A model generated the notes under the pieces. It ran no database searches, had not been told where the DNA came from, and worked only from the letters and a program-made list of their open reading frames with translations. Positions 25,620 through 33,422 of a stretch of DNA of 33,422 bases are shown here, piece after piece; position 1 is the stretch's first letter, and every line of letters starts with the position of its first letter. A program made the position numbers and the translations under genes. The DNA comes from Gemmatimonadales bacterium. Lineage in GTDB: Bacteria > Gemmatimonadota > Gemmatimonadetes > Gemmatimonadales > GWC2-71-9. The DNA lies in contig DATGVC010000255.1 of NCBI GenBank assembly GCA_035300745.1, positions 1 to 33,422 on the forward strand, written 5' to 3'.

Positions 25620-26803
25620 CGGAAATCGCGTATCACCCCACGCACGTCCGCGCCCTGCGCGAGACGTTCAAGGCGCTACGCACGTCGGAGTTCCCATGGA
25701 CCGCCGACACGACGTACCTGAATAACGCCTCCATCGGACCAATACCTGAGCGGACGCGTCGAGCGCTCGACGAGTTCACCGCAAAACGCACCGCACCGCA
25801 TCTGTTGCCCGATCGGGAGTTGTTCGCGGGCCTGGCCGCCGCCCGGCTCGGGATCGCGCAGCTGATTAACGCAGACCCATCGGAAATCGCGCTCGCCACC
25901 AACACCGGTTTCGGTTTGAATCTCGCGGCCCGCGCCCTGCCCTTGAAGCAAGGCGATGTGGTGCTGCTCTCCGATAAGGAATTCCCGGCGAACGTCTATC
26001 CGTGGCTGATGCTGCGGGATCAGGGGATCACGGTCGAGATGGCGCGCTGCACTTCACAGGGATGGCCTGACGAAGAGCATCTGCTCGAGCGGCTGCGCGA
26101 TCCGCGCGTGCGCGTGCTGGCGGTTTCCTTCGTACAGTTCTCCAACGGCTATCGCGCCGACCTGAAAAAACTCGGCGCCGCCTGCCGCGCCAACGGCACC
26201 TACCTCGTCGTAGACGGGATTCAGGGCGTCGGCAACTCTGTGCTCGACCTGCAGGAAACTCCGGTGGATATCCTCGCCTGCGGCGGGCAGAAGTGGCTGC
26301 TGTCGCCGTGGGGCTCGGGGTTCGTGTACGTGCGCAAAGAGCTGGTCGCGACGCTCGAGCCGGCCATCACGAGCTGGATGGCATTCGAGGGCACGGACGA
26401 CTTCTCGCGGCTCACCGAGTACAACCCGACGTTCCGCTCCGACGCCCGCCGCTTCGAGATGATCACATTGCCGTATCAGGATTTCGTCGGGATGACAGCG
26501 TCGCTGGGGTTATTGCTGGAGATCGGCGTTCGCGACATCGCCGAAGTCACTCGCGCCACGCACGCGCCGATCGTGAAGTGGGCGCAGGAGAACGGCGTGC
26601 GGATCACTTCGCCGACTGAAAACGGGCACCGCTCCGCAATTCTCTGCGTCGCTCCGGCCAAGCCGGTGGAGGCGTACCACGGAATGAAGCGCGCGCATGT
26701 GGTGTGCAGCTTGCGCGAAGGCTCGATCCGTCTATCGCCCCACTGCTACAACACCGTCGAGGAAATGGAGAAGGTCATAGAGGTGCTGGAAGACCTGTCG
26801 TAG
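25616..26803 (+). CDS. aminotransferase class V (cysteine desulfurase / selenocysteine lyase-like PLP enzyme)
   Basis: 395 aa, GTG start in a GTGA overlap with the permease stop: YLNNASIGP, LVVDGIQGVG, candidate PLP-lysine in ACGGQKWLLSPWGSGFVYV, and IRLSPHCYNT near the C-terminus. Confidence 0.85.
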   Translation: MTEIAYHPTHVRALRETFKALRTSEFPWTADTTYLNNASIGPIPERTRRALDEFTAKRTAPHLLPDRELFAGLAAARLGIAQLINADPSEIALATNTGFGLNLAARALPLKQGDVVLLSDKEFPANVYPWLMLRDQGITVEMARCTSQGWPDEEHLLERLRDPRVRVLAVSFVQFSNGYRADLKKLGAACRANGTYLVVDGIQGVGNSVLDLQETPVDILACGGQKWLLSPWGSGFVYVRKELVATLEPAITSWMAFEGTDDFSRLTEYNPTFRSDARRFEMITLPYQDFVGMTASLGLLLEIGVRDIAEVTRATHAPIVKWAQENGVRITSPTENGHRSAILCVAPAKPVEAYHGMKRAHVVCSLREGSIRLSPHCYNTVEEMEKVIEVLEDLS

Positions 26804-27308
26804 CATCGCGGTGGCGATCCACCCACCACCCGAACGCGACAAAGACCCACCCGAAGATGATCGCCCCGATGGCGAGGGCTCGCTGATCGGGCAGCGTGGG
26901 TCCGTAGAACTGACTCGAATAGGCGATCGCCAGCAACAGCACGAGCGCTGAGAAACCCCATCGCCCAATGCCGTCGCGCGCGCGCGTGGCGCGCGCGTAG
27001 ATCGCGACGCCGGCGATGAACATGATGCTCTCCACGATGACGGTCGCCGGCGCCGAATTCCACAACCCCAGTCCCACTTTCGGACCGCCCGGGTAGAGCG
27101 GCATGTCGGGCCGATGCGTGATGAAGTCGAGCACCCAGTGGCTCACGACCAGCAGCCCGATCACCAGCGCCGCTCTACGGTCGCCGGTCCGCAGCCGATA
27201 GAGGTATCCGAACAGCGCGCCCCACACGAGCAGCGCGAGCAGGCTATGGGATATCGGATAGTCGTCCAACCAGAGCACCAGACCCAGCGCGTAGTGGCCG
27301 ATGAACAC
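26775..27308 (-). CDS. polytopic membrane protein, metal-dependent-hydrolase-like (DUF457/YdjM-like); tentative
   Basis: 177 aa with about 5 TM segments. It has the MFIGH start and the SHWVLDFITHRPDMPL His-rich motif that I associate with this family from memory. Its 3' end overlaps the convergent aminotransferase by 29 nt. Confidence 0.5.
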   Translation of the reverse strand: MFIGHYALGLVLWLDDYPISHSLLALLVWGALFGYLYRLRTGDRRAALVIGLLVVSHWVLDFITHRPDMPLYPGGPKVGLGLWNSAPATVIVESIMFIAGVAIYARATRARDGIGRWGFSALVLLLAIAYSSQFYGPTLPDQRALAIGAIIFGWVFVAFGWWVDRHRDATTGLPAPL

Positions 27309-27312
27309 TGGG

Positions 27313-27789
27313 TTACCTACGCTTCAATCGTTTGAGCATTTGGATCTGCCCTGCGTGGTACAGGTCGTGTGACGCGATGCCGTAGACCTCTTCCTTGATC
27401 CGCCACTTCGAGTGCCAGCCGCGGCGACCGAGGTCTTGGGAGCGAAGGCCGGCGATCGCGCGATGCAATAAGCGGTGTTGTTCGTCGAGCAGATCGCGAT
27501 CGCGCTTCCAGGCAGCGTTGTCTGGGCGATCGGGCAGTGCCGGCCAGTTCGCGCCATCCCGCGGAAAGGCAAGGGCGGGATCGCGCAGCAAGCGGCGGCG
27601 GACCATGCACTTCCAGTAAGCGGTGTGGAGGGCGAGCTCCCAGATGCAGTGACGCTTGGGGCCGGGGCGCCACAACGCGTCACGTGCCGTGAGCCCGCGC
27701 AGGGTGCCTTTGAGCGGTGTGCCGTGCCACGACGGCGCGGTGTAGGCCTGATCGAAGACGTCGAGCAGCAGCCGCACCCGCTCGTCCAC
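27313..27789 (-). CDS. DinB-family (four-helix-bundle) protein
   Basis: 158 aa: ...WHGTPL...IWELALHTAYW...ASHDLYHAGQI (a DinB_2-type His triad). Confidence 0.8.
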   Translation of the reverse strand: MDERVRLLLDVFDQAYTAPSWHGTPLKGTLRGLTARDALWRPGPKRHCIWELALHTAYWKCMVRRRLLRDPALAFPRDGANWPALPDRPDNAAWKRDRDLLDEQHRLLHRAIAGLRSQDLGRRGWHSKWRIKEEVYGIASHDLYHAGQIQMLKRLKRR

Positions 27790-27790
27790 G

Positions 27791-29056
27791 TTACCCCTCG
27801 CGTCTCAACAACGCGTATTCCTTCTTGCCCTTGCGCAACAGGAGATTGCGGCCGCCGATCCAGTCCTCGGACGCGATGGTTCGCGCGACGTCATCGATCC
27901 GCTGCTGATTGACGTAGATCCCACCCTGCTCGATGCTGCGACGCGCTTCGCTCTTCGACTTCGCGAGACCGGCACGCGCCACGAGATCGACGAGCGCCAC
28001 ACGGTCCGAGTCCCCCTGAACCACGATCGTCGGGATCTCAGCGGCGAGTATCTCGAATACCTGGGGATGAACCTCGGGTTGCTCTTCCCCGAAAAGAATC
28101 GCCGAAGCGGTCTCAACTCCCTGGAGCAGGTCAGCGCCATGCACTAGGCTCGTCACGGTCGATGCCAGCGCGCGCTGCGCCGGTCGACCAGCGGGGTTCT
28201 TGGCCTGCTGGGCCATGACGCCCTTGATTTCGGACGCGGGAAGATGAGTAAAGAGCTTGAGGTACTTCTCAACGTCGCGATCGTCTACATTGATCCAGAA
28301 CTGATAGAACTTGTACGGCGACGTGAGCTTGGGATCGAGGTAGATCGCGCCCGCGTCCGTCTTTCCGAACTTGTGGCCCGACGCCATCGTCACCAGCGGT
28401 GCCACGAGGCCGTGCGCTTCCGCGTTCTCGATGCGGCGAATCAGATCGACGCCGGCCGTGATGTTGCCCCACTGATCGCTGCCGCCGACTTGCAGTGTGC
28501 ACTGCCGCTCGCGGAACAAATGCAGAAAGTCGTACGCCTGCAGCAGCATGTAGCTGAACTCGGTGAACGACAGTCCCGCCTCGAGGCGCGCCTTCACCGA
28601 CTCCTTTTGCAGCATGACGTTGACGGTGAAATGCTTCCCGACGTCGCGCAGAAAGTCGATCAGTCCCTGCGAGCCCAGCCATTTCGCATTGTCCAGCAGG
28701 ATGGCGGCGGTGGGCCCGGCGCCGAACTCGAGGAAGCGCGCCATCTGATCGCGCTGATGCTGCAGGTTCTCGCGGATCTGTTCTTTCGAAAGCAGCGGCC
28801 GCTCGCCGGCCTTGCCGGATGGATCGCCGATCAATCCGGTGCCGCCACCCATCAACACGATCGGCCGGTGCCCGCCACGTTGCAAATTGGCGAGCAGCAT
28901 CAGCGGCATGAGATTGCCGAGCTGCAGCGACGGCGCGGTGGGATCGAAGCCGCAGTACGCGGTGACCAGCCCTTTGGCGAAATGCGCGGCGATTCCGGGG
29001 GTCGCCTGCTGCACAAACCCGCGCCACTCCAACTCTTGTAAAACGGGAGACGTCAT
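27791..29056 (-). CDS. tyrS: tyrosine--tRNA ligase
   Basis: 421 aa: YCGFDPTAPSLQLGNL (HIGH-equivalent), GGSDQWGNI, KFGKT (KMSKS-equivalent), and a C-terminal S4 domain (SKSEARR.I.QGG.Y.N). Confidence 0.95.
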   Translation of the reverse strand: MTSPVLQELEWRGFVQQATPGIAAHFAKGLVTAYCGFDPTAPSLQLGNLMPLMLLANLQRGGHRPIVLMGGGTGLIGDPSGKAGERPLLSKEQIRENLQHQRDQMARFLEFGAGPTAAILLDNAKWLGSQGLIDFLRDVGKHFTVNVMLQKESVKARLEAGLSFTEFSYMLLQAYDFLHLFRERQCTLQVGGSDQWGNITAGVDLIRRIENAEAHGLVAPLVTMASGHKFGKTDAGAIYLDPKLTSPYKFYQFWINVDDRDVEKYLKLFTHLPASEIKGVMAQQAKNPAGRPAQRALASTVTSLVHGADLLQGVETASAILFGEEQPEVHPQVFEILAAEIPTIVVQGDSDRVALVDLVARAGLAKSKSEARRSIEQGGIYVNQQRIDDVARTIASEDWIGGRNLLLRKGKKEYALLRREG

Positions 29057-29064
29057 GGTCGCGA

Positions 29065-29093
29065 ATCGTATCGGCCATGCGCGACGCTGGCAA
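29065..29093 (-). promoter_or_regulatory. candidate promoter TTGCCA-N17-TACGAT, ending 8 nt before the tyrS ATG
   Basis: Minus strand reads CGC TTGCCA GCGTCGCGCATGGCCGA TACGAT TCGCGACC ATG. It is the best -35/-10 pair in the window. Confidence 0.45.
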
Positions 29094-29111
29094 GCGGATA
29101 CGCGTCTTATT

Positions 29112-29117
29112 TAGATT
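29112..29117 (+). promoter_or_regulatory. candidate -10 box TAGATT, 8 nt upstream of the PBP1A ATG
   Basis: Sequence reads TTATT TAGATT GTACGGAG ATG. The GGAG abuts the ATG with zero spacing, too close to act as a Shine-Dalgarno site. Confidence 0.3.
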
Positions 29118-29125
29118 GTACGGAG

Positions 29126-31318
29126 ATGACGACCCCTCAGCCCCAATCCGCCGCGCCCCGGCACCCGTTTTTCATTCGCTGGTGGTACGATCCGGTTCAG
29201 CGCCGCCGGGCCATCATCGTGACCGTGCTGGCCCTGCTGTACGGCAGCGGGCTCGTTTACGGCTCGTGGACGCGCGTCTGCTCCGGGGACCGTTGCCCGA
29301 GCATCATGCGACTGGAAGGGAGCCAGGACCGCAACGTCCAGCGGCAGACGTCCAAAGTCTATGCCGCCGATGGACGGCTCATCAGCGAGCTGGGAATCGA
29401 GCTGCGCACCGTACTCCCGCTCGAGCAGATCCCGGTGCACGTGCGGCAGGCCTTCATTGCAGTCGAGGATAAGCGCTTCTATGCCCATAGCGGCATCGAC
29501 TACTGGCGCATCCTCGGCGCGCTCAAGGCAAACATCCTGACGTTGCATTACACGCAGGGCTTTTCGACCATCACGATGCAGCTCGCGCGCAACGTTTTCC
29601 CCGAGCGCCTCGGCCGGGAGAAGAAGATCGCCCGCAAACTGCGTGAAGCCCGTGTCGCCGTAGAGCTCGAACGCAACTTCCCCAAGGACAAGATCCTCGA
29701 GCTCTATCTCAATCAAATCAGTCTGGGGCCCAACATCTTCGGCGTGGAAGCCGCCTCGCAGGTGTTTTTCGGGAAATCGGCCCGCGACCTGAACGTCGCC
29801 GAGGCCGCGACGCTCGCGGCGCTCCCCAAGGCGCCGGGGAACTACAACCCGCGCGCGCACCCCGACCGCGCAGTGTTGCGCCGCAATGCCGTGCTCAACC
29901 TGATGCGCGATCAGGGATTCCTGAGCCCCGAAGACGCCGAGTTCTGGAAAGCGTATCCGCTCGTCCTGACGACGCGCCGCACCAGTTACGGCGACGTGGC
30001 GCCGTACTTCGTCGAGTGGCTCAGGTCGTCGTTCCTCGAGCCGCGGTTCGGCCGCGACCTGTACGAGAAGGGCCTGCGCATCTACACGACGCTCGACCTC
30101 GACATGCAGGAAGCGGCGGAGCAGGCGCTCGAGTCGCAGCTCGACGAGATCGAATCGGGCGTCTACTCGAACGGCAAGTTCGAGGGCACGTCCTATCGCC
30201 AGTACATCGAACAGGGCCGCGCCACGCCCGACGACCAGGGCCCGTTCGCGCAGTATCTCCAGGGCGCGCTGCTCGCCCTCGATGCCAAGACCGGCAACAT
30301 CCTCGCGATGGTGGGCGGCCGCGACTTCGTCGACTCGAAGTGGAATCGGGTGACACAATCGGTGCGGCCGCCGGGATCGACGTTCAAGCCGATCGTCTAC
30401 TCGGCCGCGATCCGCGCGGGGCATCCCGTGACGGAGATGCTCGACGACACGCCGCTCAATCCTCCGGTCATGCAGCTCGACAGCTCGCTGTGGCAACCGA
30501 AGGACTACGACGACACGACGCTGGGCCTCATCCCCATGCGGCAATCGTTGTACCTGTCCCGCAACCTGTCCACGATCAAGCTCGGCATGGCGCTGGGCGA
30601 GCAGACGGTGATCGGCGAGGCCCGGCGCTTCGGCATCACGACCCCACTGCCACCCTATCCGTCAATTCACATCGGTTCGCGTGAGGTGAAGCCGATCGAG
30701 CTGGTCGCGGCGTATACGGCGTTCGCGAACAACGGAACGCGCGTCGAGCCGATCGGCATCCAGCGCATCGAGGACCGCCAGGGCAACATCCTGTATCAGT
30801 CCACGGTCAAGCGCGAGCAGGTGCTCGACCCCGAGCACAACTGGCTGATGCTCGACATGATGCGCGATGTGATGCGCTGCCAGCCGGGCACCGGCCCGCA
30901 TCGCTGCGGCACCGCGGCGGGCGCCGTGGGCGGATTGAAGATTCCCATGGCCGGCAAGACTGGGACCACGGATGAATACACCGACGCCTGGTTCCTGGGC
31001 TTCACACCGGAGATCGTCACCGGAATCTGGATCGGCTACGATCTCCAGCACCGGATCATGAATAACGCGGGCGGTGGCCGCATCGTCGCGCCCGCGTGGA
31101 CGAAGTTCATGCGCGACGTGTACGAGCGGCGCCCGTCGCCCGGCGACTGGGCCCGCCCCGACGATCTCGTCACGCGCGAAGTGGACTGGTCGAACGGCTT
31201 CCTCGCGACGCCGTTCTGCCCGCTCGAGGTGCGGCGCTGGGAGTGGTTCTATCCGGGCACCGAGCCCTCGCAGGTCTGTCAGGTGCATTCGCCGTTCGGG
31301 GTGGGAGTCACACCCTAG
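29126..31318 (+). CDS. class A penicillin-binding protein (PBP1A-type transglycosylase/transpeptidase)
   Basis: 730 aa. N-terminal TM helix. GT51 motifs EDKRFYAHSGID, GFSTITMQLARN and RKLREA. Transpeptidase motifs STFKP, SRN and KTGTT. Confidence 0.93.
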   Translation: MTTPQPQSAAPRHPFFIRWWYDPVQRRRAIIVTVLALLYGSGLVYGSWTRVCSGDRCPSIMRLEGSQDRNVQRQTSKVYAADGRLISELGIELRTVLPLEQIPVHVRQAFIAVEDKRFYAHSGIDYWRILGALKANILTLHYTQGFSTITMQLARNVFPERLGREKKIARKLREARVAVELERNFPKDKILELYLNQISLGPNIFGVEAASQVFFGKSARDLNVAEAATLAALPKAPGNYNPRAHPDRAVLRRNAVLNLMRDQGFLSPEDAEFWKAYPLVLTTRRTSYGDVAPYFVEWLRSSFLEPRFGRDLYEKGLRIYTTLDLDMQEAAEQALESQLDEIESGVYSNGKFEGTSYRQYIEQGRATPDDQGPFAQYLQGALLALDAKTGNILAMVGGRDFVDSKWNRVTQSVRPPGSTFKPIVYSAAIRAGHPVTEMLDDTPLNPPVMQLDSSLWQPKDYDDTTLGLIPMRQSLYLSRNLSTIKLGMALGEQTVIGEARRFGITTPLPPYPSIHIGSREVKPIELVAAYTAFANNGTRVEPIGIQRIEDRQGNILYQSTVKREQVLDPEHNWLMLDMMRDVMRCQPGTGPHRCGTAAGAVGGLKIPMAGKTGTTDEYTDAWFLGFTPEIVTGIWIGYDLQHRIMNNAGGGRIVAPAWTKFMRDVYERRPSPGDWARPDDLVTREVDWSNGFLATPFCPLEVRRWEWFYPGTEPSQVCQVHSPFGVGVTP

Positions 31319-31321
31319 CTC

Positions 31322-32521
31322 TTGCTACGCATTCGAGCTGGCCGGATCCATCCCGTCACGGCGCCGTCCTTCGAGGACGGCGCCGTTCTTATTGATGCGG
31401 ACGGCAGGATCGCCGCGGTCGGACCGCATGCGCGCGTCCCCGCGCCTGGCGGCGTGCCGTCGCTGCATTTTCCCGACGCCGAGCTGATGCCCGGCCTCGT
31501 CAACTGCCACACGCACCTCGAGCTGACGCATCTGGGCGGTGGCACGAAGCTCGACGAACCGGAATTCGTCAAATGGATCCGCCGCATCCGCGAGCTGAAG
31601 GAGACGACCGGCGCGGAGGCGTTTTACGAGGCGGCGGTCGCCGGCATCCGCGATTGCTGGGCGCGCGGCGTCACGTGCATCGCGGAGACCGGCAGCACCG
31701 GGGCGGTCATGCGCGCGCTGCATGATCTGGGCGGGCGGGGAATCGTGTATCACGAGGTCTTCGGCCCCGATCCAGCGCAGTGCTCCGCCAGCATGCAGGA
31801 ACTCGAGAAGGCGGTCTTGCAGCTTCGCCGTCTGGCAACTTCGCAGCTGCGAGTTGGCGTCTCTCCCCATGCGCCGTACACGGTGAGCGCGCCGCTCTAC
31901 GAGGCTGTTGCGGCGTTTGCCCGGCTTGAAGCGCTGCCGATTGCCGTCCACGTCGCCGAGTCAAGGGAGGAGACGGCATTCGTGCGCGATGGCGTCGGAC
32001 CGTTCGCCGCCGCGTTGCGCGCGCGAGGTATCGCGGTCGAAGCGCGCCGGTGTTCGCCGGTCGCCTATCTCCTCCAACGTGGCGTCGTGCGACGTGGCAC
32101 GCTCTGTATTCATTGCGTCCAGGTGGATGGGGCGGACGTCGAGTTGCTCCGCGTCACGCATGCAACGGTGGCGCACTGCCCGCGCTCTAACGCCGCGCAT
32201 CGTCACGGTCGCCTGCCGCTCGGATTGTTTCGCGATGCCAGGGTTCCCGTCGGCCTGGGGACGGACTCCGTCGTGAGCGTTGGCGAACTGGATCTGTGGG
32301 CCGAAGCGGAGGCTGCCGGCTTCACTGGGGACGACGCGGCACGGATGCTTACAATAGAAGGCGCACGCGCGCTCGGCTGGCAATCGGAGATTGGATCACT
32401 GGAGGTCGGAAAGGCCGGAGATCTTGCGGTTATGGCCGTCGGGCCGTCGGGCCGTCGGGCCGTCCTGACCGTTGTTGCGGGGCGCATCGTGCACCGGGCC
32501 GGATCTCCGGAAGCGCACTAG
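31322..32521 (+). CDS. amidohydrolase-superfamily protein (nucleobase/MTA-deaminase-like)
   Basis: 399 aa, TTG start: PGLVNCHTHLELT (HxH metal site), HVAES, CIHC, GLGTDS. Confidence 0.8.
   Translation: MLRIRAGRIHPVTAPSFEDGAVLIDADGRIAAVGPHARVPAPGGVPSLHFPDAELMPGLVNCHTHLELTHLGGGTKLDEPEFVKWIRRIRELKETTGAEAFYEAAVAGIRDCWARGVTCIAETGSTGAVMRALHDLGGRGIVYHEVFGPDPAQCSASMQELEKAVLQLRRLATSQLRVGVSPHAPYTVSAPLYEAVAAFARLEALPIAVHVAESREETAFVRDGVGPFAAALRARGIAVEARRCSPVAYLLQRGVVRRGTLCIHCVQVDGADVELLRVTHATVAHCPRSNAAHRHGRLPLGLFRDARVPVGLGTDSVVSVGELDLWAEAEAAGFTGDDAARMLTIEGARALGWQSEIGSLEVGKAGDLAVMAVGPSGRRAVLTVVAGRIVHRAGSPEAH
32434..32465. repeat. tandem octamer array GGCCGTCG x3 + GGCCGTCC (x4) inside the amidohydrolase gene
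   Basis: Read directly. It encodes ..AVGPSGRRAVL.. Confidence 0.9.
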
Positions 32522-32524
32522 ATT
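32519..32524 (+). promoter_or_regulatory. candidate -10 box TAGATT, 8 nt upstream of the argR ATG, overlapping the amidohydrolase stop codon TAG
   Basis: Sequence reads GCGCAC TAGATT TTCCCGCC ATG. The hexamer and spacing are identical to the PBP1A candidate. No clear -35. Confidence 0.3.
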
Positions 32525-32532
32525 TTCCCGCC

Positions 32533-32997
32533 ATGAAAACGCAGCGGCACGCGGCCATCCTGCGGATCGTCCGAGGAGAGACGGTAGGCAGCCAGGAGCA
32601 GCTGCGCGAGCGTCTCAAGGCTGAAGGCTACAATGTGACGCAGGCGACGTTGTCCCGTGACATTCGCGAGCTGGGACTCGCGAAGGTGGCGGCGCCAGAT
32701 GGTGGCTCGCATTACGCGGCCGGGCCGGAAGGCACCCCCGGGGGCGGCGTCCGGCCGCATCTGGAGCAGCTTCTCCCTACCATGCTCGTCTCCGCCGAAG
32801 GCGTCGGCCCGCTGCTCGTCTTGAAGACGACGACGGGCGGCGCGCAGGCGCTGGGCCTCGCGCTCGACGGCGCAGGCTGGAGCGAGATCATCGGCACCAT
32901 CGCTGGTGACGATGCCATTCTGGTCATCACTCGCAGCGAGCGAGGCCGTCGCGCCGTGCAGGTGCGGCTGCAGGAGCTCGCAGGACTCCCCGCATGA
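32533..32997 (+). CDS. argR: arginine repressor
   Basis: Internal ATG 32533 of track ORF 32296..32997. 154 aa: MKTQRHAAILRIV......SQEQL...L..EGYNVTQATLSRDI.ELGL.K and C-terminal GTIAGDDAILV. Confidence 0.9.
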   Translation: MKTQRHAAILRIVRGETVGSQEQLRERLKAEGYNVTQATLSRDIRELGLAKVAAPDGGSHYAAGPEGTPGGGVRPHLEQLLPTMLVSAEGVGPLLVLKTTTGGAQALGLALDGAGWSEIIGTIAGDDAILVITRSERGRRAVQVRLQELAGLPA

Positions 32998-33422
32998 AAG
33001 CACTCATAACGCTCGCGGCTCTGATGGTGGTCGCCAGCGGTTGTAAGGCTCAATCACAAACTCCACAACCTCCACCAGCCTCGAACGCTTCCCAAAACAC
33101 GCTGACCGATGCAGAGCGCGCGGCAGGCTGGCGGCTGCTCTTTGACGGCACGACGACCGCCGGCTGGCGCAACTACGGCAAGCCGAGCCTCTCCGACGGC
33201 TGGAAGGTGCAGGATGGCGCACTCACGCGCACGGGCGCCGGCGGCGACATCATCACGAACGACCAGTTCAAGAATTTCGAGCTGTCGATCGACTGGAAGA
33301 TCGAGCCAGGCGGCAACAGCGGCGTCTTCTATCGCGCGAGCGAGGATACCGACGCGATCTACTGGAACGCGGTGGAAATGCAGGTCCTGGATGACGCCAA
33401 GCACCCCGACGGCCAGTCGCGC
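32994..33422 (+). CDS. DUF1080 (3-keto-disaccharide hydrolase-like) domain lipoprotein, N-terminal 143 codons; continues past the window end
   Basis: Not in the track (no stop in the window). ATG 32994 in an ATGA overlap with the argR stop. Lipobox LMVVASGC. Then GWRLLFDGTTTAGWRNYG...GW.V.DGAL...GGDI.T...F.NFEL..DWKI..GGNSGVFYR, as in the DUF1080 family. Confidence 0.8.
   Translation, partial: MKALITLAALMVVASGCKAQSQTPQPPPASNASQNTLTDAERAAGWRLLFDGTTTAGWRNYGKPSLSDGWKVQDGALTRTGAGGDIITNDQFKNFELSIDWKIEPGGNSGVFYRASEDTDAIYWNAVEMQVLDDAKHPDGQSR

Noticed and set aside
29057-29125. T-box or other leader RNA upstream of tyrS
   Set aside because: Only 69 nt separate tyrS from the divergent PBP gene, and a good -35/-10 pair ends 8 nt before the ATG. 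There is no room for a ~200-nt T-box.

Overview
GC-rich, extremely gene-dense bacterial chromosomal segment. I call 38 CDS and find no rRNA, tRNA, CRISPR array, transposase or integrase.

Layout:
- 1-15680, all on the minus strand (22 genes): tsaD, YbbR-like, TlpA-like redoxin, rpe, PASTA-only protein, rsmB, thiG-thiS-thiE, fmt, def, yajC, tgt, queA, ruvB, a small Zn-ribbon ORF, ruvA, ruvC, yebC, a DnaB-C-terminal-domain ATPase, a 121-aa hypothetical and a GT9 heptosyltransferase.
- 15739-23628, an envelope/LPS-type block: a PorX-like response-regulator/PglZ protein, an MsbA-like exporter, and GT2-like, GT-C and two GT4 glycosyltransferases.
- 23633-33422: a patatin-ferredoxin fusion, a lone DppC-type permease, a class-V aminotransferase, a membrane hydrolase-like protein, DinB, tyrS, a class-A PBP, an amidohydrolase, argR and a DUF1080 lipoprotein (partial).

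This looks like the core genome of a high-GC Gram-negative. My guess is something Gemmatimonadota-like, which I cannot verify here.

I do not see a self-contained novel multi-gene system such as a defence island. The PglZ and patatin genes lack the partners that would make them BREX or CBASS.

The structure not explained by ordinary annotation is:
1. Short tandem arrays dispersed through the window. An octamer family (GTC-N-GAC-N) and a heptamer family (GGGAGCR) sit in-frame inside housekeeping genes. They also fill the only two real spacers of the 15.7-kb operon.
2. TANNNT -10-like boxes lie 6-9 nt upstream of the start codon of seven operon-first genes (13 nt for an eighth), suggesting leaderless mRNAs. 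Stop/start overlap is pervasive inside operons.
3. Two genes (rsmB and the GT2-like gene) have conserved N-termini that no ATG/GTG/TTG can encode. Each has an ATT or ATC at the upstream gene's stop codon.
4. Unusual domain architectures: a kinase-less PASTA protein in the PrkC synteny slot, a patatin plus ferredoxin fusion, and a stand-alone DnaB C-terminal ATPase.

All functional calls come from reading the translated ORFs by eye. No database search was run.
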